Below are positions 1 to 9,439 of a stretch of DNA of 64,000 nt, in pieces. Every line of letters starts with the position of its first letter. The first letter of the stretch is position 1. The DNA comes from Candidatus Saccharimonadales bacterium (GTDB lineage Bacteria > Patescibacteriota > Saccharimonadia > Saccharimonadales > UBA4665). The notes below the pieces were generated by a model. That model did no database searches, was not told the DNA's origin, and saw nothing but the letters and a program-made list of their open reading frames with translations. A program made the position numbers and the translations under genes. The stretch spans positions 38,019 through 102,018 of the forward strand of contig JBBRZB010000001.1 in NCBI GenBank assembly GCA_038237095.1, given 5' to 3'.

Positions 1-96
1 TAACGAAATAAAATGATTGCAAGAACTTTTCTTTTATATTGCTAAATTAGCTTAATCGTGTTAGAATATGCTTAATCACTTTGGTGAGGCAACATT

Positions 97-651
97 ATGC
101 GTTATTTTATCGGTTTTTTGATTACAATCGCCCTCCTAATCCTCCTGATTGTCCTTCTTGTGACAGGTGGCGGTTCAAAGACGCCTAAAACAACGCCAAA
201 ACAACTCGATAGCTACTCAAGTACTGATGCGGTTACTACAGCAACAATAGCTGGACCAATCACCGCTCAATCGACACACAACGAAGTTGTGATTAGTGTC
301 GGTCGTGATCAAGTTGTCTTTGAGCAAATTCAGGGTTACGATAACACCGTAGTTAATACCCAGTCGTACGATAACACCGAGGCTAGCTATTACGCTTTCT
401 TGCGAGCCCTCAACACGGTTGGCTTTACCAAAGGCAACACTGATCCAAAACTCGCGAACGAACAGGGCATTTGTCCCCTTGGCCAGCGTTATGTCTTTGA
501 AGTCACGCAGAACAGCAAAGATCTTCAACGCTTCTGGTCTACAAGCTGTGGTGCCAAAACATATCTAGGCAACACCAACACGACGTTGGCGCTCTTCAAA
601 GCGCAAGTTCCCAACTACTCGCTGCTGACCCAAAACGTACAATTAAACTAG
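97..651 (+). CDS. membrane-anchored hypothetical protein
   Basis: 184-aa ORF with an N-terminal hydrophobic helix (FIGFLITIALLILLIVLLV) followed by a soluble domain. No family recognised. Confidence 0.5.
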   Translation: MRYFIGFLITIALLILLIVLLVTGGGSKTPKTTPKQLDSYSSTDAVTTATIAGPITAQSTHNEVVISVGRDQVVFEQIQGYDNTVVNTQSYDNTEASYYAFLRALNTVGFTKGNTDPKLANEQGICPLGQRYVFEVTQNSKDLQRFWSTSCGAKTYLGNTNTTLALFKAQVPNYSLLTQNVQLN

Positions 652-684
652 TAGCTTCCTTCCTCCGCAGCTATACTAGTTCGT

Positions 685-1263
685 ATGATTACGGCTGTAA
701 TTTTTGATTGTTTCGGGGTGCTTACGAGCGATGGCTGGCTGCCGTTCAAGAACAAGTATCTCGGGCATGACCAGCAGCTCATGCAAGAGGCAAGTGATTT
801 AAGTAAGCAGTCTGATTCAGGCCTTATAAGCTACCATGATTTTGTTTCGGGAGTAGCTAAACTAGCGCAGCTGCCAACCGCAGAAGCGTATAGCCAAATT
901 GAAAACAACGTGGCAGATAGCGAACTCTTTGCCTACATTAAAACGCTGAAACCGAAATACAAAGTTGGCATGCTGAGTAACGCGGCAGAGAACTGGCTGG
1001 GTGAAATGTTTAGCCCCACGCAACTGGCATTATTCGACGCTGTAGCGCTGTCGTATGAAACAGGCTTTATCAAACCACAGCCCCAGTCATATCACATGAT
1101 CGCCGATCGCTTAGGTGTTGCAGTTGAGGAGTGTGTGCTCGTTGATGACCAAGAACGGTATTGCACAGGCGCCAATGATATCGGCATGCAATCCGTTTGG
1201 TTCAAGAGCACGGAACAGGCTATAGCAGATCTTAAAATTACGTTAAATAAGTTTGAAGCGTAG
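685..1263 (+). CDS. HAD-superfamily hydrolase
   Basis: N-terminal motif VIFDCFGVL (DxF/DxD-type HAD motif I) and late VLVDD motif. Size is typical for the family. Confidence 0.8.
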   Translation: MITAVIFDCFGVLTSDGWLPFKNKYLGHDQQLMQEASDLSKQSDSGLISYHDFVSGVAKLAQLPTAEAYSQIENNVADSELFAYIKTLKPKYKVGMLSNAAENWLGEMFSPTQLALFDAVALSYETGFIKPQPQSYHMIADRLGVAVEECVLVDDQERYCTGANDIGMQSVWFKSTEQAIADLKITLNKFEA

Positions 1264-1479
1264 TCGCTTGGTCAGATTGCAAGCTTTTTGAATATCGCCC
1301 GCCCGTAGCCGAAGTGTATTCGCTAAAGCAGCGCTACTGACTGTCACAGCAATCTCACGCTCAGTTACAACCACTTCAGCTTTTGCTTGGTATGTTTCTC
1401 GCAAGTATCTTTTGACGAGCTGAATTTCTGGCGGCTCAGTTGGCGCACGCCCGGAGAGAAGAGTTTGAATGCTATCCAT
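1243..1479 (-). CDS. DUF721/DciA-like small protein
   Basis: I used the internal Met (MDSIQTLL...). The pattern ...TVSSAALANTLRLRAGDIQKACN..KRLRFKLI resembles DUF721 proteins. The longer 1243-1602 ORF would overlap mutM. Confidence 0.55.
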   Translation of the reverse strand: MDSIQTLLSGRAPTEPPEIQLVKRYLRETYQAKAEVVVTEREIAVTVSSAALANTLRLRAGDIQKACNLTKRLRFKLI

Positions 1480-1518
1480 ACCGACAGTATAGCGCTTGGT
1501 TGCTACAATATATGGACT

Positions 1519-2391
1519 ATGCCAGAACTTCCAGAGGTTGAAACCGTTCGTCGTGGGCTCCAGCGCCTGCTTCCGCAGCGCAAGGTTGCTAGTGTCACGC
1601 ATGACTGGCCTAAATCTTTTCCAAACGCCGAAGCTGATGTCGAGCAGTTCCTGATCGGCGCTACTGTCATCGACGTTCAGCGCCGTGCCAAAGTTTTACT
1701 GATTAATCTCAACTCTGATTATACACTCGTCACGCATCTTAAAATGACAGGCCAATTGGTGTTCCGCAGCTCAGATGAACGGTTTGGAGCAGGGCATCCA
1801 AACGAATCGCTGATCGGCGAATTGCCCGATAAATCAACTCGCGTGACACTGACTTTTGTCGATGACGGCCAGCTGTTTTTTAACGATCAGCGAAAGTTCG
1901 GTTGGATGCGATTTATGCCGACGGGTGAAGTCATGAATATGGATTTTTTCAAAAAAGTTGGGCCTGAACCGCTAGCCGCTGACTTCACATGGCGTGGTTT
2001 TCAGACTCGTTTACTACGCCGCAAGAACTCCAATGTTAAAGCCGTTCTACTTGATCAAACTGTTATTGCGGGCGTAGGTAATATATATGCCGACGAATCG
2101 CTCTGGGGTGCCAAAATCCATCCCACGACCCTCGTCAAAGACCTCACGGCAACGGAAATTCATAAACTCTACGACGAGCTACTATATGTACTAAAACAGG
2201 CCATTGAAAAAGGTGGTTCTACGGATCGTAATTATGTGAACGCCGAAGGCAAACGAGGAAGTTATATTGATTTTGCGCGTGTTTTCCGCCGCGAAGGCCA
2301 GTCGTGCCCGCGCTGCGGCACAATTATTATCAAGACTCGAGTGGCTGGCCGTGGGACACATCTATGCCCGACCTGCCAGCGGCAACACTAG
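1519..2391 (+). CDS. mutM: formamidopyrimidine-DNA glycosylase (Fpg/MutM)
   Basis: Starts MPELPEVETVRRGL (catalytic Pro2/Glu3). C-terminal zinc finger CPRCG...CPTCQ. The ORF-track start at 1387 is an upstream extension. Confidence 0.92.
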   Translation: MPELPEVETVRRGLQRLLPQRKVASVTHDWPKSFPNAEADVEQFLIGATVIDVQRRAKVLLINLNSDYTLVTHLKMTGQLVFRSSDERFGAGHPNESLIGELPDKSTRVTLTFVDDGQLFFNDQRKFGWMRFMPTGEVMNMDFFKKVGPEPLAADFTWRGFQTRLLRRKNSNVKAVLLDQTVIAGVGNIYADESLWGAKIHPTTLVKDLTATEIHKLYDELLYVLKQAIEKGGSTDRNYVNAEGKRGSYIDFARVFRREGQSCPRCGTIIIKTRVAGRGTHLCPTCQRQH

Positions 2392-4568
2392 TCGCTTAAT
2401 TTCTTAAGTAACGCGATAACTTCTAGGGTCGACTTAACCCGATAATTAGCATGAGTCCGCCCTGAACCGACCTTTACTGCCCAAGCATTTGAAGTAGCCA
2501 CGCTCAGAAATGTATCTTCATCAGTGTAGTCATCGCCAATCGCAAGTATGAAATCGTGCTTGATTAGAAGCCACGGCTGAATTGCTTCGCCCTTATTAAT
2601 GTGCGGATTTTTAATTTCCAATATTTTGTTACCTTGATATAAGGCAACACCGTAGTTCTTCAGGTATGGCTTTAAAACATGCTTAATTGTTACGGCGTAT
2701 TTTTGCGCGTAGTAAGGTGACGCCCCCCGATAGTGCCAGACAAGTGAGTGTGGCTTAACTTCAACTTCGGCACGTGGCGTAAGTGAGGCATATTTTTTCA
2801 GCACTGGCAGGATTGCCTTTTTCCATTCGGTATTAACATTCTCCAATGTTCGCCACGTATGACTACCGACTCGCTTAATACTTGCACCGTGTTCGGCCAC
2901 GAGGCTGATGTTAAGATGGCCAAACCAGTCGTTCAAATTGGCAGCTCGGCGGCCGCTAATTACCACGACTTCGTTTGCTGGATCCGTTGCTAGTTTTTTG
3001 AGTAGTTCTATGACTCGTTTGGGAGGATCCGCGTCATTGTAATCTTCTGTAAAGGGTACCAAGCTACCATCATAATCGAGTAGTAAAAGTCGTTTCTGTG
3101 ATTGCTTATAGTCGGTGACGAGTTTTGTTACGTGCTTTACTCCAAGCGATTTCACTCGTGGCCGAGTACCCGGGACTGGTTTTTGCAATGTTTTTACAAA
3201 TCCACTGGCCCACGTTTGGATTGTGTTGCCTTCGATCTGCTCCTGCATATTTTTCAAACGTCCGAGAAGCTCATGGCGTGGCATAGTTAGCGATAATTTC
3301 AGTGCTTCCACGACCGTAGCTGGCTTTTTTGGATCGACGAGTAATGCGTCACGAAGCTCTTCGGCCGCCCCAGCTGTCTGACTCAAAATCAGCACGCCAC
3401 CATCACGTTTAGTTGCCACGTATTCCTTGGCGACCAAGTTCATCCCATCACGCAACGGGGCTATGAATGCCACATCCGCCAACTGATAGAGCGCGGTAAC
3501 TTCTTCGAAGGGGAGTGCGACGTTAATAAAGTCTACCGGTTGCCAGCGAGCTGTTCCGTAACGAGTGTTTATCTCCGCACTAAGTTTTTTTAGTTTTTCT
3601 GATAGTTTCTGATACGAGTCAAGGTCCATGCGCGATGGCGCTGCCACCATTGCCATGATGACTTTCTTTCTAAACTCGGGATTTGTTTCGAGAAAGTCAC
3701 GATAGGCTCGCAAGCGCTCAACCAGTCCTTTGGAAGGCTCAAGCCGATCCACTGCAACGATTAATCGGTGGTTGCCATAACGACGCTTGTAACGTTTGAC
3801 CGCCTGCTTCACGGCTTTAAGCTTATTGGACTGCGCGTACTTCTTATAATCGACTCCAATCGGGAACTTGGCTACTTGAACGCTACGATTAGCGAGGATT
3901 AATTGGTCGTCGCCAATCGTGCCGATGCCGAGGCGACGACAGGTCTTCAAGAATTGATTACTGTAGTCAGTGGTGTGAAACCCAATGAGGTCGGCTCCCA
4001 GCATGCCGATGAGTAGATTCTCGGCGTACTCAACGCGCTTAAATCGCGCGTACGGCGGAAATGGGATGTGCAGGAAAAAGCCGATGCTGCCTTCAACATG
4101 TTCAGCTCGCAAGAGCTCGGGTAATAGCAATAGCTGATAATCGTGTACCCAAATAGAACTGTCCGTTCTGGCGATGCTTAGCACAACTTCAGCAAAGTGT
4201 TTGTTAACTGCTCGATAGGCTTTTAGCCAATGTGCTTGATTGTCGAGCTCTTTTATTGGCATGCTATGAAAGATTGGCCATAACAGCGCATTACTGTAGC
4301 CATTATAGTAATCATCAATCTGATGCTGTGATAAGAACACGGGGTGACAGTTGTGCTTTGCCAGTTCGCGTGTGATAGCGATTCTATCTCGTTCATTCAG
4401 CTCATTGCTGGCAATCCCTGGCCAGCCTACCCAGATATTTCGGCTACCTTTGACATACGACGACAGACCAGTAGCTAAACCACCCAAACTCGGGTAGAAC
4501 TCCAGCTTGCCTGCAACTTTTTTGACGCTTATGGGCAAACGATTTGAAACAATCAGTACCTGTGACAT
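2388..4568 (-). CDS. otsAB: bifunctional trehalose-6-phosphate synthase/phosphatase (OtsA-OtsB fusion)
   Basis: N-terminal GT20 signature (VSNRLPISV, GGLATGL). C-terminal HAD phosphatase module (LLLLDYDGSLVPF, GDDYTDED). Start placed at MSQVLIVSNRLP. Confidence 0.88.
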   Translation of the reverse strand: MSQVLIVSNRLPISVKKVAGKLEFYPSLGGLATGLSSYVKGSRNIWVGWPGIASNELNERDRIAITRELAKHNCHPVFLSQHQIDDYYNGYSNALLWPIFHSMPIKELDNQAHWLKAYRAVNKHFAEVVLSIARTDSSIWVHDYQLLLLPELLRAEHVEGSIGFFLHIPFPPYARFKRVEYAENLLIGMLGADLIGFHTTDYSNQFLKTCRRLGIGTIGDDQLILANRSVQVAKFPIGVDYKKYAQSNKLKAVKQAVKRYKRRYGNHRLIVAVDRLEPSKGLVERLRAYRDFLETNPEFRKKVIMAMVAAPSRMDLDSYQKLSEKLKKLSAEINTRYGTARWQPVDFINVALPFEEVTALYQLADVAFIAPLRDGMNLVAKEYVATKRDGGVLILSQTAGAAEELRDALLVDPKKPATVVEALKLSLTMPRHELLGRLKNMQEQIEGNTIQTWASGFVKTLQKPVPGTRPRVKSLGVKHVTKLVTDYKQSQKRLLLLDYDGSLVPFTEDYNDADPPKRVIELLKKLATDPANEVVVISGRRAANLNDWFGHLNISLVAEHGASIKRVGSHTWRTLENVNTEWKKAILPVLKKYASLTPRAEVEVKPHSLVWHYRGASPYYAQKYAVTIKHVLKPYLKNYGVALYQGNKILEIKNPHINKGEAIQPWLLIKHDFILAIGDDYTDEDTFLSVATSNAWAVKVGSGRTHANYRVKSTLEVIALLKKLSD

Positions 4569-4637
4569 ATGTTCCGTGTAGGCAGTAGCATAGCAGACAT
4601 CGTGGGTATCCCGCGTGACAATTGTTACAATGGCTGT

Positions 4638-5567
4638 ATGATTACGACTTTGACAGGAGAAAATAGTTTTAGCTTGCAACAGGTATTGCGAGACCGCGTA
4701 GCATCATTCGTAACTGAGTACGGTGATATGGCATTGGAGCGAATTGACGGTCAAGATGTTGAACCGGCTCGTTTGCAGGAAGCTTTACAGAGTGCTCCGT
4801 TCCTGTCGAGTAAAAAATTGGTCATATTACGTGAGCCGAGCAAACAAAAGCATTACGTTGACGAAGCCGAACAAATTTTGGGTGATGTTTCTGAATCGAC
4901 CGACGTTATTGTGGTCGAACCAAAACTTGATAAGCGGCTCAGTTATTACAAGTATTTGAAATCTCAGACCGATTTTCAACAGTTCCCAGAGCTCGACAGC
5001 AACGCTTTGGCACGTTGGTTGGTTGCATCCGCCAAAACGGCTGGCGGTAGCCTGAGCCAGTCAGACGCGACCTATCTTGTGGAACGTGTTGGTCTCAACC
5101 AGCAATTATTGTCGCAAGAAATTGAGAAGTTAACGCTGTACGATCCCAAGATCACTCGCGATACGATTGATTTACTAGTAGATGCCACGCCCCAGAGCAC
5201 CATATTCCAGTTAGTAGAAGCGGCTTTTTCGGGGAATACGAAACGGGCTCTCGATCTCTACGATGAACAGCGGGCTATGAAAGTTGAACCGCCTCAGATA
5301 GTTGCCCTACTGGCATGGCAGCTCCATATCCTGGCTATTATTAAGACGGCAGGCGACCGCAGTGCTGATATAGTCGCCCAAGAAGCCAAGCTAAATCCGT
5401 ACGTGGTGCGTAAAAGTCAATCAATCGCTCGCCAAATTAGTCTCGGTCAGCTCAAACGACTTGTGAGCGATCTTCTGGCAATCGATGTTGCCTCAAAAAA
5501 CTCAGCACTGAACGCCGACGACGCGCTGAAACATTATCTATTGCAGCTTGCAGCTCAGTCGGCATAA
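4638..5567 (+). CDS. holA: DNA polymerase III delta subunit
   Basis: Starts MITTLTGENSF. Length and layout fit HolA (LVILREP..., C-terminal helical domain). The ATG at 4638 avoids overlap with the otsAB start. Confidence 0.75.
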   Translation: MITTLTGENSFSLQQVLRDRVASFVTEYGDMALERIDGQDVEPARLQEALQSAPFLSSKKLVILREPSKQKHYVDEAEQILGDVSESTDVIVVEPKLDKRLSYYKYLKSQTDFQQFPELDSNALARWLVASAKTAGGSLSQSDATYLVERVGLNQQLLSQEIEKLTLYDPKITRDTIDLLVDATPQSTIFQLVEAAFSGNTKRALDLYDEQRAMKVEPPQIVALLAWQLHILAIIKTAGDRSADIVAQEAKLNPYVVRKSQSIARQISLGQLKRLVSDLLAIDVASKNSALNADDALKHYLLQLAAQSA

Positions 5568-5619
5568 TAAAACCCCACTCGTTTGACGGAGTGGGGCTAC
5601 AAAACTCGACGTTAGAGTT

Positions 5620-5991
5620 CTATTTTTTCTTGGCAGCAGGTTTTTTGGTAGCTGGCTTCTTAGCGGCGACCTTCTTGGTAGCTGCAGCCTTCTTAGCTGG
5701 TGCAGCTTTTTTAGGAGCGGCGACCTTCTTGGTAGCAGCAGCTGGCTTAACACCGGCAGCTTTTGCCTTTGCGGCAGCTTGCTTCTTCAATCGAGCGGCT
5801 TTGTTCTTGTGAACCAAGTTCTTTTTGACGGCTTTGTCTAAGCTACTCTGAGCAGCGCTGTGTGTCTTGTTGCTTGGGCTTTTGCTGAACACTTTGAAAG
5901 CGTCCTTGAGTGAGCGCTTAGTTTTGCTATTTCGGATCGTAGCCTTCTTGGCAGTACGAACGCGCTTTTTAGCAGATTTGATTAGGGGCAT
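5620..5991 (-). CDS. rpsT: 30S ribosomal protein S20 with Lys/Ala-rich C-terminal tail
   Basis: Starts MPLIKSAKKRVRTAKKATIRNSKTKRSLK, a typical S20 N-terminus. About 55 extra residues of AKKAAP-type repeats follow. Confidence 0.9.
   Translation of the reverse strand: MPLIKSAKKRVRTAKKATIRNSKTKRSLKDAFKVFSKSPSNKTHSAAQSSLDKAVKKNLVHKNKAARLKKQAAAKAKAAGVKPAAATKKVAAPKKAAPAKKAAATKKVAAKKPATKKPAAKKK
5662..5736. repeat. 21-nt exact direct repeat spaced 54 nt inside the rpsT tail
   Basis: agcggcgaccttcttggtagc occurs at 5662-5682 and again at 5716-5736. It encodes the repeated KKVAA(P/K)KK tail units. Confidence 0.85.
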
Positions 5992-6225
5992 AAAGTTCCT
6001 TCTAAATTACGATTTATTACTTGTACCTTAAACCAAATTATACGGTGTTAGACGCTGTTTGTAAAGATGGGGCCAGCAAAGCTATCTGCTGTCCTTTCGC
6101 GCCACAGCAACCATCGAATGATTAAATCAGTGCCAGGCATCCCAAAATGTCATGGACAAGCATGAGCTTTTATGGTACGCTGACGGATGAAAGTACCCTA
6201 AACAAAAACTGACAAAAATATTGCT

Positions 6226-8091
6226 ATGGATAGCCCCAAACAGCAGCTAGCCGACAAACTCAAATCCGCCAATAATATATTGGTGACGGTTAGTCGTAAC
6301 CCGTCGGTTGACCAACTCGCAGCGTGTATCGCGTTAACGCTGGTACTTAATAAGCAAGGTAAGCACGCCGCTGCGGTCTTTAGTGGTGCCGTTCCATCGA
6401 CATTAGAGTTTTTGCAACCCGAAGAAACCTTAGAGAAAAATACTGATAGCCTACGCGATTTTATTATTGCCCTAGACAAATCAAAAGCCGACAAACTTCG
6501 CTACAAAGTCGAAGACAACGTAGTTCGAATCTTTATTACGCCCTACAAGACATCAATCAGCCAAGCCGACCTCGAATTTAGCCAAGGTGATTTTAACGTT
6601 GATGTTGTCGTTGGACTTGGTGTAGCAGAGCAGGGCGATCTTGACGAAGCCATTACTGCGCACGGTCGCATCTTGCACGATGCCGCTGTAACAACAATCA
6701 ATGTATCAACACAGGCTAATCTTGGCGTTATTAATTGGAATGACCCGGCAGCTAGTAGCTTGAGCGAGCTTGTTACTGAATTGACCCAAATGCTGGGCAA
6801 AGATTTACTAGATGGACAAATTGCTACCGCTCTATTGACCGGAATCGTCGCTGAAACAGATCGGTTTAGCAATGAAAAGACGTCTCCACAGACAATGAAC
6901 GCTAGCGCTGCGCTTATGGGCGCCGGTGCTAATCAACAACTCGTTGCTAGTAAGCTCGAAGAACCACAAGCTACAACTAGCACACCAGCCGAAGTCCCCG
7001 CAGCGGTCTCGAACGCCGATTCAGAGGCTAAAACGAATGATGGGACACTTGAAATTGAACATGGTGGCTCAGGTGAAGCACCAACTGACAATCAAGAACC
7101 AGCTACGAGCGAGCCAAGCAAGGCTGATAGCTTGCCAGACTTTGAGCTCCCTCAGCCTGTCGAGTCTACTGAACCAGAGCCTGAGATTCCAGAACAAGAA
7201 CCAGAACCACCAAATCAAAACGAATTATCACCAGGCTCAAAGTTAATTACTGAAGCCCCAACTATGGGCGGGGTATTGACTGCTAATTCACAGCCAGAAG
7301 GTCTCGACCCTTCAATTGATCCGCTGAGTGCACCCGATCAAACGAGTCAGCTGCTCGATCATAACAAGTCCACAGCCACGCCAACCGAGACACCGAGCTT
7401 GGATGAGCTTCTGGGAAGGGACGCCAATCACGACGAATTACCACAGCTCAATCCAGTTCCTGACATGACAATGCCAGGCCGGAAAGTCATCGCGCCGCTT
7501 GAACCAACGCTGCCAGAGCCAATGCCAATTGCTGACTCGACCCCCGTATTCGAACCGGCTACGGCTGAACCTGAGCCAACACTTGCACCACTAGGGCCCT
7601 CACCAGAGCCAATCGTCGTGGGTCTTACGCCACCACCACCAGCTTGGGTACCGCCATCGCAAGATCCCTTCAACTTGGCGGGCGAAGAAGCCAAGCCCGC
7701 TGGCCAAACTTTGAGCGAGATTGAGGCGTTAGTAAAAAGTGAGCATGCTGCCGCTGATGCACATCTGTTAGAGGCACGTGATCAGGTACAGGAAGCATTG
7801 AATAGTAGTACTTCGAGCGCGGCGCCTACACCAATTCAAGCGTTAAACGCTCAGCCACTTGGCGATGAATTACATCCCGCCGATACGGGGATGGATGTTC
7901 AGCCAGGACCAGGTTACACACCAGCACCTTCAGTTGTGACCCCTGATCAGTTACCACCAGCCCCTATCGCGCCAGAAGTGACACAATCAGCTCCAGCTCC
8001 ACAAGTTTTTGATCCAAACGCGCCACCACCCGTGCCACCACCAATTCCGTTTCAGTTTGGTTCGCCAAGCAACAATCCCCCCGCTTCCTAA
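6226..8091 (+). CDS. DHH/NrnA-like domain protein (catalytic motifs apparently degenerate) with long Pro/Glu/Ala-rich tail
   Basis: The N-terminal ~230 aa follow the NrnA layout (ILVTVSRNPSVDQLAA..., GIVAETDRFSN resembles GIxTDTGxF). I could not find DHH or GGGH motifs. Residues ~235-621 are low-complexity and proline-rich. Confidence 0.55.
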   Translation: MDSPKQQLADKLKSANNILVTVSRNPSVDQLAACIALTLVLNKQGKHAAAVFSGAVPSTLEFLQPEETLEKNTDSLRDFIIALDKSKADKLRYKVEDNVVRIFITPYKTSISQADLEFSQGDFNVDVVVGLGVAEQGDLDEAITAHGRILHDAAVTTINVSTQANLGVINWNDPAASSLSELVTELTQMLGKDLLDGQIATALLTGIVAETDRFSNEKTSPQTMNASAALMGAGANQQLVASKLEEPQATTSTPAEVPAAVSNADSEAKTNDGTLEIEHGGSGEAPTDNQEPATSEPSKADSLPDFELPQPVESTEPEPEIPEQEPEPPNQNELSPGSKLITEAPTMGGVLTANSQPEGLDPSIDPLSAPDQTSQLLDHNKSTATPTETPSLDELLGRDANHDELPQLNPVPDMTMPGRKVIAPLEPTLPEPMPIADSTPVFEPATAEPEPTLAPLGPSPEPIVVGLTPPPPAWVPPSQDPFNLAGEEAKPAGQTLSEIEALVKSEHAAADAHLLEARDQVQEALNSSTSSAAPTPIQALNAQPLGDELHPADTGMDVQPGPGYTPAPSVVTPDQLPPAPIAPEVTQSAPAPQVFDPNAPPPVPPPIPFQFGSPSNNPPAS

Positions 8092-8124
8092 AATAATTTT
8101 TGTCGGTACGGTACACTTAAGGCC

Positions 8125-8808
8125 ATGCAAGGCATTCTTTTAGTTGATAAACCAGCTGGTTGGACTAGCTTTGATGTGGTGAACTTCACGCGCCGGATTG
8201 TTGCTACTCACGAGGGTAAAAAACCCAAGAATTGTAAAGTGGGTCATACCGGTACGCTTGACCCGTTTGCCACGGGGCTCCTCGTGTTATTAATCGGTAA
8301 AGAATATACACGACGGGCCAGTGAATTCTCCAAACTCAACAAAACCTACGAAGTAACCATGATATTGGGAAAAACAAGCACCACGGGTGACCCCGAAGGG
8401 GAAATCACGGTAGTATCTGGCGCTGCTCCAACACATGATGAGCTAGAAAAGGCGTTAGAACAGTTTAGGGGTCCCATTATGCAAGTACCGCCAGCGTTCT
8501 CGGCAATCAAAATTGATGGACAGCGTGCCTATAAACTAGCTCGTGAGGGTAAAGAAGTAGTCATTGAACCGCGCGAAGTGACAATTAACAGCTTAGAGAT
8601 CGTCGATTATAGCTATCCCGACGTAAAGCTTGTGGCTGATGTTTCGTCGGGTACATATATTCGTACTCTCTGTGAAGATATCGGCAAGGCGCTCAATACG
8701 GGAGCCTATACGACCGCATTGCGACGAACAATAGTGGGTGATTTCAAGATAGAGAATGCTCTGACAACCGAAGTGCTTGCGGAACAACTAGCATCTAGCC
8801 TAGAATAA
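8125..8808 (+). CDS. truB: tRNA pseudouridine-55 synthase
   Basis: Motifs GILLVDKPAGWTSFDVV and GHTGTLDPFATGLLVLLIG (catalytic Asp motif). Confidence 0.92.
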   Translation: MQGILLVDKPAGWTSFDVVNFTRRIVATHEGKKPKNCKVGHTGTLDPFATGLLVLLIGKEYTRRASEFSKLNKTYEVTMILGKTSTTGDPEGEITVVSGAAPTHDELEKALEQFRGPIMQVPPAFSAIKIDGQRAYKLAREGKEVVIEPREVTINSLEIVDYSYPDVKLVADVSSGTYIRTLCEDIGKALNTGAYTTALRRTIVGDFKIENALTTEVLAEQLASSLE

Positions 8809-8814
8809 CCAATC

Positions 8815-9087
8815 ATGGCCCAAAACACACACTTTGAAACGATTGATATGATGACCGGTCAGCCGCCGTATAGCCCTGATATGCAAATACCAGCCGCCAC
8901 AGAGTCTTTAACGTTGCGCGTGCTCGCGAGTGGATTAGCAATGGTGGCCACGATGTTATGCGCTGGTATGAGCCCGGATGTTGTGGCTCCCCGAACCACC
9001 CCTAGTTCGGTTGTAAGCATGCCGCAACAACGTGAACCACGAAATCCAAACTCCGGCCCACAATTTCGCCCTAAACGACGAATGTAA
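8815..9087 (+). CDS. hypothetical small protein (doubtful)
   Basis: 90-aa ORF filling the truB-rpsO gap, with one hydrophobic stretch. No recognisable family and no clear SD. Confidence 0.25.
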   Translation: MAQNTHFETIDMMTGQPPYSPDMQIPAATESLTLRVLASGLAMVATMLCAGMSPDVVAPRTTPSSVVSMPQQREPRNPNSGPQFRPKRRM

Positions 9088-9130
9088 ACTGCCGCTTCAG
9101 TGTGCGTATACATTTTTACTAAGGACTGGG

Positions 9131-9159
9131 TTGCAATAGGGGTGCGTATCTGATAAAAT
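9131..9159 (+). promoter_or_regulatory. sigma70-type promoter of rpsO
   Basis: TTGCAA (9131-9136), 17-nt spacer, TAAAAT (9154-9159). The ATG at 9168 lies only 8 nt after the -10. Confidence 0.55.
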
Positions 9160-9167
9160 ACTTGTAC

Positions 9168-9434
9168 ATGATTACAACTGAGAAAAAGGCTGACGCTATT
9201 AAGAGCGCGCAAGTACACAAGAAGGACACTGGTGGTTCTAGTGCTCAGGTCGCAATTTTGACCGAGCGCATCAAAGAACTCACTGAGCACCTCAAGATCA
9301 ACAAGCATGATTTTGCGGCTCGTCGTGGACTATTACAAATGGTTGGCAAACGCCGCCGTTTACTTCGCTACATCGCACAGCGAGACAGCCAAGCTTACAT
9401 CGATTTGATTCAAAAACTCGGCATTCGCCGCTAG
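9168..9434 (+). CDS. rpsO: 30S ribosomal protein S15
   Basis: MITTEKK...HLKINKHDFAARRGLLQMVGKRRRLLRYI is a typical S15. I prefer the ATG at 9168 to the TTG at 9162. Confidence 0.92.
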   Translation: MITTEKKADAIKSAQVHKKDTGGSSAQVAILTERIKELTEHLKINKHDFAARRGLLQMVGKRRRLLRYIAQRDSQAYIDLIQKLGIRR

Positions 9435-9439
9435 AACTT

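Noticed and set aside
1387-1518. N-terminal extensions in the ORF track (mutM from 1387; also otsAB to 4679, holA from 4569, ndk from 50302, the PilX-like gene from 47783, the GH26-like gene to 55323)
   Set aside because: The conserved protein N-termini (e.g. MPELPEVE, MSQVLIVSNRLP, MERTLIILKPDA) begin at internal Met codons. The extensions would create large overlaps with neighbouring genes.
5538-5812. ORFs 5591-5812 (+) and 5538-5753 (-) with Ala/Leu/Pro/Arg repeats
   Set aside because: These are alternative-frame readings of the repetitive Lys/Ala tail of rpsT. The S20 N-terminus identifies the real frame.
8859-9308. 149-aa minus-strand ORF
   Set aside because: It overlaps the clearly recognisable rpsO gene and its promoter on the opposite strand. 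It has no family resemblance.
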